A stretch of DNA of 64,000 bases, from the NCBI GenBank assembly GCA_022574255.1, contig JACZSK010000004.1, positions 704 to 64,703 of the forward strand. Reading direction: 5' to 3'. Made by a program: the position numbers and the translations under genes. This DNA comes from Pseudomonadota bacterium. Its GTDB lineage: Bacteria > Pseudomonadota > Alphaproteobacteria > Sphingomonadales > SMXR01. Shown here one piece after another: positions 57,440-64,000 of the stretch (position 1 is the first letter of the stretch; each line of letters opens with the position of its first letter). The notes under the pieces are model-generated. The model saw only the letters and a program-made list of their open reading frames with translations. It searched no databases and was not told the origin of the DNA.

Positions 57440-57668
57440 CTGGCTGGTGGTGGGGCGAGGCGAGGGCGAACCCGTCTCTGACGAAAATAGGGGCGATTTC
57501 CCTGTTTATCAGGGAATTTACAGGGAAATTTCGCTTTTTTGGGCAGTTTTCGCCGATTCCGTCCGCTTGAAACCGCAAAAACACTGGGCTTTAACCCCAA
57601 ATTCCCTAAGGAAATTAACAGGGAACTTTTTTGAACTATCAGGGAACTAAATTCACGGAGCAGGGAAA
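57440..57668 (+). repeat. Junction element copy 4 (long form)
   Basis: TGGTGGTGGGGCGAGG..GCGAACCCGTCTC at 57445; CAGGGAA at 57510, 57521, 57619, 57640, 57661. Confidence 0.85.
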
Positions 57669-57693
57669 ACATGCGCGGGTTGGTGCCGGGTGC

Positions 57694-59229
57694 TCAGATA
57701 ATTCGCCCCGCTTCTTTCCAGTAGGCGTCGCGCAATTTGCGCTTCATGATTTTGCCGCTGTCTTCGCGCGGCAGGGAATCCACGAAGACGATATGTCGGG
57801 GCACCTTGTATTTGGCCAGCCGATCCTGCAGCCACAAGGCCACATTTTCGGCGGTTAATTTCCCGGCCTGGTCAAGCTCAATATGGGCGCAAAGCACCTC
57901 GCCGAACTCGTCGTCGGGTATGCCGAAGACGGCACAATCCCTAACGCCCGGCATGCCGATAAGGGCAGCCTCTATTTCCGCCGGGTAAATATTGACGCTG
58001 CCTGATATCACCATATCGCTGGCGCGGTCACACAGGAACAGATAGCCGTCCTCGTCGAAATAGCCGATGTCGCCAACGGTGATCAGTCCGTGCTTTTCGA
58101 TTGCCCGGCGCTTCTCGTCATCGTTCTTGTAGGTAAAATCGCTGTGGCCCAGCACGCGCAGGTAAACCTCGCCGACCTCGCCGGGCGGCAGTTCATTTCC
58201 CCCGGGGTCGAGAATTCTGACCACCGCCCCTTTAATAACGCGTCCCACGGTGCCCGGCTTCTTCAGGGCCTCATCAGCGGTATGGAAGACCGGTGGGCCG
58301 GTTTCGGTCGAGCCATAATATTCGTTGATGATCGGCCCCCACCAATCGATCATGCGCCGCTTGATATCTGGCGGGCAGGGCGCGGCGGCGTGGACGACAA
58401 ATTCCAGTGACGACAGGTCGTATTTCCGTTTCGCCCCGTCGGGCAGTTTCAACAAGCGAACGAACATTGTCGGCACCATGTGAAGGTGCGTGATGCGGTG
58501 GCGTTCGATCAGCGCCAGCAACTCTTCGGCATCAAATTTGGGTTGCAGGACAACCAGACCCCCACCCCCCACTGTAAACAGCGCGTATGCGTTTGGCGCA
58601 GCATGATAGATTGGTCCGGTGACGACGGTGCGCACCTTTTGGTTGACGCTGAAGCCAAAAATAATGCCGAGGAATCTGGCGAAGGTTTTGACCTCTTCCG
58701 GGCTCGGCGAAAAGCGCATAACCCCCTTGGGCGCACCCGTCGTGCCGGATGTGTAAATCATATTTGACCGGGGCGGCCGAGGCGGCTTGTCCCAAGGGCT
58801 TTGTTCCGCCACCCACGCGTTCCAGTCGCGCTCGCCATCGGGAACCGCACATATATCCGCCGCAATGGCATAGGCATCTCTGATTTCCGGAGGCGTCGGC
58901 ACGACCAGAATATGGGCATCAGCCGGAAGTGCGTCCTTGAGCCCGGGCAGCAGATCGGCATGAATAACAACGACGTTGGCTTCACAATCCTCGAGGATGT
59001 AATTCACCTCGCTCGACGTGAAATGCCAGTTCACCGGCACCGCATAAGCGCCGACCATTGCTGCCCCCAAGACAGCTTCAAAGAAGGCAAAATCATTGCG
59101 CAGAACAAGTGCGACGGAATCACCTTCAACGACCCGGAATCCGTCAAATCCAGTGGCCACCTTTGCGGCGCGGGCCTGCAAATCCGCGTGAGTCAATTGG
59201 CGCTCGCCACTGATGATCGCGGTGCTCAC
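57694..59229 (-). CDS. Acyl-CoA synthetase
   Basis: YTSGTTGAPKG, YYGSTE, VGDIG, NIYPAEIE, LPREDSGK. Confidence 0.9.
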   Translation of the reverse strand: MSTAIISGERQLTHADLQARAAKVATGFDGFRVVEGDSVALVLRNDFAFFEAVLGAAMVGAYAVPVNWHFTSSEVNYILEDCEANVVVIHADLLPGLKDALPADAHILVVPTPPEIRDAYAIAADICAVPDGERDWNAWVAEQSPWDKPPRPPRSNMIYTSGTTGAPKGVMRFSPSPEEVKTFARFLGIIFGFSVNQKVRTVVTGPIYHAAPNAYALFTVGGGGLVVLQPKFDAEELLALIERHRITHLHMVPTMFVRLLKLPDGAKRKYDLSSLEFVVHAAAPCPPDIKRRMIDWWGPIINEYYGSTETGPPVFHTADEALKKPGTVGRVIKGAVVRILDPGGNELPPGEVGEVYLRVLGHSDFTYKNDDEKRRAIEKHGLITVGDIGYFDEDGYLFLCDRASDMVISGSVNIYPAEIEAALIGMPGVRDCAVFGIPDDEFGEVLCAHIELDQAGKLTAENVALWLQDRLAKYKVPRHIVFVDSLPREDSGKIMKRKLRDAYWKEAGRII

Positions 59230-59245
59230 TGTCGATCCCTTCGCA

Positions 59246-59560
59246 TCAGTCGACCGCTACTTCGATATGGCCGTCAACCACGCGCACCTCATAAGTCCGG
59301 ATACCTTCTTTGGTCAGCTTGCCTTTTGTTGACCCGTCCCTCAGATCAAAGCGTGCGGCATGTTCGGGGCAATAAAGAAAGCATTTTTTGATGATCCCGC
59401 CCTCCAGGGACGAGGCCTGATGGCTGCACCGGTTGCGAACCGCGAAAATACCCATCTCAGTATGGCAGATCAAAATATTTTCGCCCGCGACCTCGAAAGC
59501 CTTGTTGCTCTTGACCGGGATGTCGGTCAACCGTGCGACCGGTACAAACTGTCGGCTCAT
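59246..59560 (-). CDS. Rieske [2Fe-2S] ferredoxin
   Basis: CSH...CPEH, FDLRDG. Confidence 0.9.
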   Translation of the reverse strand: MSRQFVPVARLTDIPVKSNKAFEVAGENILICHTEMGIFAVRNRCSHQASSLEGGIIKKCFLYCPEHAARFDLRDGSTKGKLTKEGIRTYEVRVVDGHIEVAVD

Positions 59561-59587
59561 AATGAACGCTTTCCCGGAAAAAGGATC

Positions 59588-60748
59588 TCAGCGACGTTGG
59601 TCGAAACGCCTGCCGACCATGGCGCTGGCGATGTTGACTTTCTGGATGTCGATGGCGCCGCCGGCGATGCCCCAGCCCCAGGCATCCCTCAAGCGGCGTT
59701 CCATGGGGAATTCCTTCGAGTAGCCATAGGCGCCCATCAACTGCATAGCGTTGCCCGTCACCTCGCGGGCGATTTCATTGGCAAAGCATTTCGCGACCGA
59801 TGAATCCTGGATTGAGGGCAAGCCGTTCTCGGCGTTACTGGCGGCGCGGTGGATCAGCAGGCGTGCGGCGTCGACCCGCATCTGCATTTCCGCCAGCTTC
59901 AACTGAACCGCCTGGAATTCCACGATCGGCTTGCCGAATTGTTTGCGTTCTTGGACATATTGCAGCACGTCTTCGAGCGCACCCGAGGCTTGCCCCAGCG
60001 CCATGGTGGCGTTGCCACAGCGCTCCAGATCGAAGGCCTCCATCAGCTTCTTGAAGCCGCCGGCAGGCACGACGATATTCTCGGCCGGAATTTCCGCATC
60101 GTCGAAATTTATGTCGCTGGAAGGTATGCCGCGAAAGCCCATCAATTGCTCGTTCGGACCGAAGCTGACGCCGGGTGTGTCTTTTTCCACGTAAATTGCG
60201 CCGATCCCCCTTGCGCCCGGATCGTCCGACATGCGGCAATAGACGACGTAACCGCCCGCATGGCCGCCGCCCGAGCACCAGCGCTTGGTGCCGTTGAGGA
60301 TATAACTGTTCCCTTTTGCCACGGCCCTGGTTTTCAGATCGGTCAACGCCGAGCCCGCGTCGGGCTCCGACATGGCCACGGCAACGGTCAGTTCACCGGC
60401 GCAGACGGCGGGAACGACTTTGTCGCGCAACGCGTCGCCTGCGAACTTTTCGATGGCGCGCACCGGGCCGACTGAAGACTCAAAAACCGGAAAGGCGACG
60501 GCAGAGGATATCTGTGCAAATTCCTCAAGGATCAGCAGAGCCTCAACATTACCCTGGCCCAGCCCGCCATATTTTTCGGGGACATTGACGCCGAGAAAGC
60601 CGAGTTCGGCGTATCGCTTCACAAGTTCCCTGGAGGGCGGTTTATTCTCCTCCTCCAGCTTCCGGGCTATATCGGGCAACTCCTCGCGGGCGAATCGCCT
60701 CGCGGCCTCCTGCAGGCTTTTTTGCTCGTCGGTCAGACGAAAATCCAT
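59588..60748 (-). CDS. Acyl-CoA dehydrogenase
   Basis: MSEPDAGS, LNGTKRWCS, ERKQFGK, QLMGAYGY. Confidence 0.9.
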   Translation of the reverse strand: MDFRLTDEQKSLQEAARRFAREELPDIARKLEEENKPPSRELVKRYAELGFLGVNVPEKYGGLGQGNVEALLILEEFAQISSAVAFPVFESSVGPVRAIEKFAGDALRDKVVPAVCAGELTVAVAMSEPDAGSALTDLKTRAVAKGNSYILNGTKRWCSGGGHAGGYVVYCRMSDDPGARGIGAIYVEKDTPGVSFGPNEQLMGFRGIPSSDINFDDAEIPAENIVVPAGGFKKLMEAFDLERCGNATMALGQASGALEDVLQYVQERKQFGKPIVEFQAVQLKLAEMQMRVDAARLLIHRAASNAENGLPSIQDSSVAKCFANEIAREVTGNAMQLMGAYGYSKEFPMERRLRDAWGWGIAGGAIDIQKVNIASAMVGRRFDQRR

Positions 60749-61017
60749 GTTGGGCTCTCCAGTTTCTCGTCACCAGCCTCTCTGTGCCGGCTGCGGCTGC
60801 ACCAGCGCCGCTCTCACATAGCATCATAGAGGATCGTAAAATTAAAAACAGTCATGATTGTTTTCATATTTGCGCCCGCACCCGCCTGATGCTAGCATTG
60901 GGCAGCAGGCCAGACGAGGGACCAGAATAGAGCATGTCCCGCGTTTTGGAAGGCATTCGCGCCGCCGAACAAGATTCGGATTGATCGGGCGCATGAATCT
61001 CGAATGGGGGTGTGACA

Positions 61018-61587
61018 ATGACAGATACGCTTTTTGACCGTGTGCCAAGAGACGAGTTGCCGGAGGACTTGAAGGAAACATGGGATTTCCTGAACGGGCG
61101 CACCGGCGAGCCAACCTTTGTGGAGGTATTCGCCCAGGCGCCAGAGCTGCTGAAACTGGTGATGCATGATTTCTACGAGAAAATTTTTTACGGCGGGCGC
61201 GTCGAGATGAAATACAAAGAACTGGCGCGGCTGAGACTGTCCTTCAGACATGGCTGCAACACCTGCATTCGCCAAAACGTTCCGGGCTGCGAAGAGATCG
61301 GCTTTTCCAAGGAGCAGATCGACGCGGTTAGTGGTGAGTGGCGGGACGGCCCCTTTGATGATGCCGAGATGGCGGTGCTGGATTATACTGATCAGATGGT
61401 CCTGACAAACCTGGACGGCCATATGAACAAGGACCTGTATGACCGCCTGAAGACCCATTTCAGCGATGCGGAAATTCTGGAGATTGGCACCTGCATGGCG
61501 ATCGTCGGCGGATTCGCGAAATTATCCTTCGTGCTGGATCTGGTAAAGAAAGAGGATTACTGCCCCTTCGCCAACGCCGCGGAATAA
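61018..61587 (+). CDS. Carboxymuconolactone decarboxylase / AhpD-like protein
   Basis: KELARLRLS..GCNTC (CxxC), HFSDAEILE. Confidence 0.75.
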   Translation: MTDTLFDRVPRDELPEDLKETWDFLNGRTGEPTFVEVFAQAPELLKLVMHDFYEKIFYGGRVEMKYKELARLRLSFRHGCNTCIRQNVPGCEEIGFSKEQIDAVSGEWRDGPFDDAEMAVLDYTDQMVLTNLDGHMNKDLYDRLKTHFSDAEILEIGTCMAIVGGFAKLSFVLDLVKKEDYCPFANAAE

Positions 61588-61600
61588 CTCACGGCTCGCG

Positions 61601-62353
61601 TCAGAATTTGACGATTGCGGCGCCGTCCACGTTCAGCCCCACACCGGAGATGAACTGGGCTTCGTCCGAGGCCAGGAAGAGAGCGGCTTCGGCCACCTCT
61701 TCTGCATCCCCCAACCGGCCGATCGGCGCTTTATCCTCCCAGTAGGCCCTGAATTCCGGGTCGTCCATGAAGGGCTCCGACAGCGCTGTGATGATGGCGC
61801 CGGGCTGCAGATAATTGGCGGTGATCTGATATTGCCCGAGATCGACAGCCATGGCCTTGGTCAGCCCCGCCACCGCATGCTTTGAGGTGCCATAGGCGCA
61901 AAGGCCCGGCCCGGCCATGTCCGACATGATCGATCCGACGTTTATAATCCGCCCGCGCGGACGCTTTTTCATTTCCGGTATGGCTTCGCGGCTCAGCCGG
62001 AACATGGCGGTAACGTTGACCGCCATGGTGCGCTCCCAGATATCGTCGGTGACCTCCTCGAGCGACCCTGGCAGGCAGATGCCGGCATTGTTCACCAGTA
62101 TATCAAGGCCGCCGAAAGCCTCGACTGCGCCGCTGACGATGGCGGCAGGCGCATCGCCTTCGGTGATATCCTTTTCCAGCGTTTGAACCTGGTCACCAGA
62201 ATCGAGTTTTTCCACCAGCCCGTGCCCGGGCAGATCAACTGCGAAGACCTTCGCGCCTTGGGCCAGGAAAAGCTTTGCCGTCGCCAGACCGATGCCGCTG
62301 GCGGCGCCGGTTATAATAGCCACCTTGCCATCAAGTCTGTCGATGTTGGTCAT
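61601..62353 (-). CDS. Short-chain dehydrogenase/reductase
   Basis: TGAASGIG, NNAG, YGTSK. Confidence 0.92.
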   Translation of the reverse strand: MTNIDRLDGKVAIITGAASGIGLATAKLFLAQGAKVFAVDLPGHGLVEKLDSGDQVQTLEKDITEGDAPAAIVSGAVEAFGGLDILVNNAGICLPGSLEEVTDDIWERTMAVNVTAMFRLSREAIPEMKKRPRGRIINVGSIMSDMAGPGLCAYGTSKHAVAGLTKAMAVDLGQYQITANYLQPGAIITALSEPFMDDPEFRAYWEDKAPIGRLGDAEEVAEAALFLASDEAQFISGVGLNVDGAAIVKF

Positions 62354-62383
62354 AGCGCTACCTCGTCATCATGCTGGGGTAGG

Positions 62384-62412
62384 AAAAAAATAGGCCGGCA
62401 GAGCCGGCCTAT
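62384..62412 (-). terminator. Rho-independent terminator after the TonB receptor
   Basis: TAGGCCGGC-aga-GCCGGCCTA stem with an A7 tract on + (U tract on -). Confidence 0.8.
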
Positions 62413-62448
62413 AAGTTCCGTAGCATTTGGGCACTTATTACATCCGGT

Positions 62449-64000
62449 TCAGTTACCGAACTTGAATCCGATCTCCGCACCAAAGAAGCGCGGCTGGCCA
62501 TAACTGATCATAACCCACAGGTTGCCGACCGTCAGGTTACCTGATTCATAGCGCTTGTCGGTCAGGTTCTTACCCACAAATCGCACAAAATAACGGTCGT
62601 CCGCATCTCTGTAGGTCAGGTTGGCGTTCAGAAGCGTCTTGGCTCTCAGCAAACCATCGCTGGCCTCGGTTGGTCCGTAATTATATATTGCGTTCCCTTC
62701 ATGGGCGATGTTCCCGTACCACTCGAGCGTGCCGCCGGCGACATCATGTTCGTAGATAAAATCAAACCCGAAACTGAACTCCGGCGCCTTGGTGATGCGG
62801 CGATCGGACAGGTCGGCGTCGATGCCGACATCGTCGAAGTCTCCGTCGAAGTTTCCGTCAACCAGGAAGTGGTTGTATCTGCCACGCTGGATTCCCAGGT
62901 TGCCTTTAATCAGCCAGCCGGGTGCGGGAATCCATGTGCTTTCGAATTCGAGGCCCTTGATGGTCATCTCGGCGGCATTGAAGAAGCGCGTCAATTGAAA
63001 ATCGACGCCGGCCTGGTTCGTTATCTGAACCACCGAACTGCGCTGGGCATCCTTGTATTTCACATAGAAAAGCGAAATTGCAAAGCGCAGCGATCCGTCG
63101 TGCGTACTCCCTTTCATCCCCAGTTCATAAGAATTGGCGAATTCAGGTTCCGTCGGGGCCAGGAACAGAGCCTGCTGATCGACGGGGAAGCTGTTGAAGG
63201 GGTTGCCATCGGTGCCGGTCTGGTCATTGTAGCCACCCGACTTGAAGCCATGGGCAAAGGTGGCATATCCGAACAGGTCATCATTGAACTCATAGGACGC
63301 TGTTGCCCGGTAGGTGGGTTCCTTCCAGCTCTTCTGATCACGCGCGACACCGGTCGGAAATCGAATGAAGTCCGCCCCATCCAGCAGATCATCAAGGCCG
63401 CCCGGGGCCAGTTCGTCGAGGAAGAGCTGGTGCCTACCCACCCACTTCTTTTTCTCATAAGTGTAGCGGAAGCCGGCGGAGATGCTCAGCTTTTCGTTGA
63501 CCTCGTAAGTGCCGTCGACAAAGCCAGCATATGCCACTGCGTCCTGCGCGTTACACAGGATCTGCGGGCGGTTCGCAAAATCCAGCCCGATATCGCCGAG
63601 CAGAAGATCGACAAAGCCCAGCGCCTGCGTGACACAGAAATCAGTGTCGTTGCTCTGATAGAAGACTCCGGCGACGAAATTTATCGGTCCGTCCAGGTCA
63701 GAAGTAATGCGAATCTCCTGCTGGAAAGTCCGGCGCTTATCATCGCGCGTCGCGTCAAATAATGGAATTGGCCCCACTTCACCTACGTAAGAGTTGGCTA
63801 GCCGCGACTCCTGCGTCCGGTAGCCGGTCACCGAATGAATCGTGTAACCCTCGAAGTCCCACTCCACATTGCCATAGAAGCCGTCAATATCGACCTGATG
63901 GCCCTGGCCCTCGGGATCGATGACGGACCCCGCCGTGTTGGCGGTGAGCCCAACCAGTTTGACAGGATCACCGGCCTCACGAGTGAATCCCATGAGAGGC
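62449..64000 (-). CDS. TonB-dependent receptor, C-terminal part (5' end outside window)
   Basis: FQQEIRI, GFRYTYEKK, GFKSGGYN, NLTDKRY, PRFFGAEIGFKF. Confidence 0.9.
   Translation of the reverse strand, partial: PLMGFTREAGDPVKLVGLTANTAGSVIDPEGQGHQVDIDGFYGNVEWDFEGYTIHSVTGYRTQESRLANSYVGEVGPIPLFDATRDDKRRTFQQEIRITSDLDGPINFVAGVFYQSNDTDFCVTQALGFVDLLLGDIGLDFANRPQILCNAQDAVAYAGFVDGTYEVNEKLSISAGFRYTYEKKKWVGRHQLFLDELAPGGLDDLLDGADFIRFPTGVARDQKSWKEPTYRATASYEFNDDLFGYATFAHGFKSGGYNDQTGTDGNPFNSFPVDQQALFLAPTEPEFANSYELGMKGSTHDGSLRFAISLFYVKYKDAQRSSVVQITNQAGVDFQLTRFFNAAEMTIKGLEFESTWIPAPGWLIKGNLGIQRGRYNHFLVDGNFDGDFDDVGIDADLSDRRITKAPEFSFGFDFIYEHDVAGGTLEWYGNIAHEGNAIYNYGPTEASDGLLRAKTLLNANLTYRDADDRYFVRFVGKNLTDKRYESGNLTVGNLWVMISYGQPRFFGAEIGFKFGN

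Noticed and set aside
57500-57668. CRISPR array or integron attC
   Set aside because: Repeats are only 7 bp with ~14-bp gaps; no cas or intI genes; no attC R''/R' bottom-strand hairpin evident

Overview
Accessory region of a GC-rich, probably aquatic proteobacterium (most likely an alphaproteobacterium). It consists of five functionally unrelated modules: (1) the tail of a lipid/alcohol catabolism operon (1-2697); (2) a ~33.5-kb polyamine/amine catabolism island (3413-36890) with a gamma-glutamylation pathway (PuuA/PuuB/PuuC/SpuC-like, agmatinase, SpdH-like, BauA-like), an SSS symporter, a TonB receptor, an amino-alcohol kinase/phospho-lyase-like pair, purU and two paralogous three-gene modules (2 phytoene-dehydrogenase-fold flavoproteins + a GcvT-family protein), with a recurring TGTGATCACA palindrome at its promoters; (3) a divergent PEP carboxylase; (4) a divergent narGHJI-narK-narK operon whose NarI is fused to a di-haem cytochrome c, followed by two His-rich paralogues and a desaturase; (5) an acyl-CoA catabolic/TonB cluster running off the right end. 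All four module junctions carry the same co-oriented non-coding element (a tRNA-3'-end-like motif plus 21-bp-phased CAGGGAA boxes), three of them with IS6 pieces. The best candidates for undescribed biology are a putative folate-coupled N-demethylation system for methylated polyamines/amines and the junction element. All calls come from motif recognition by eye; no database searches were run.
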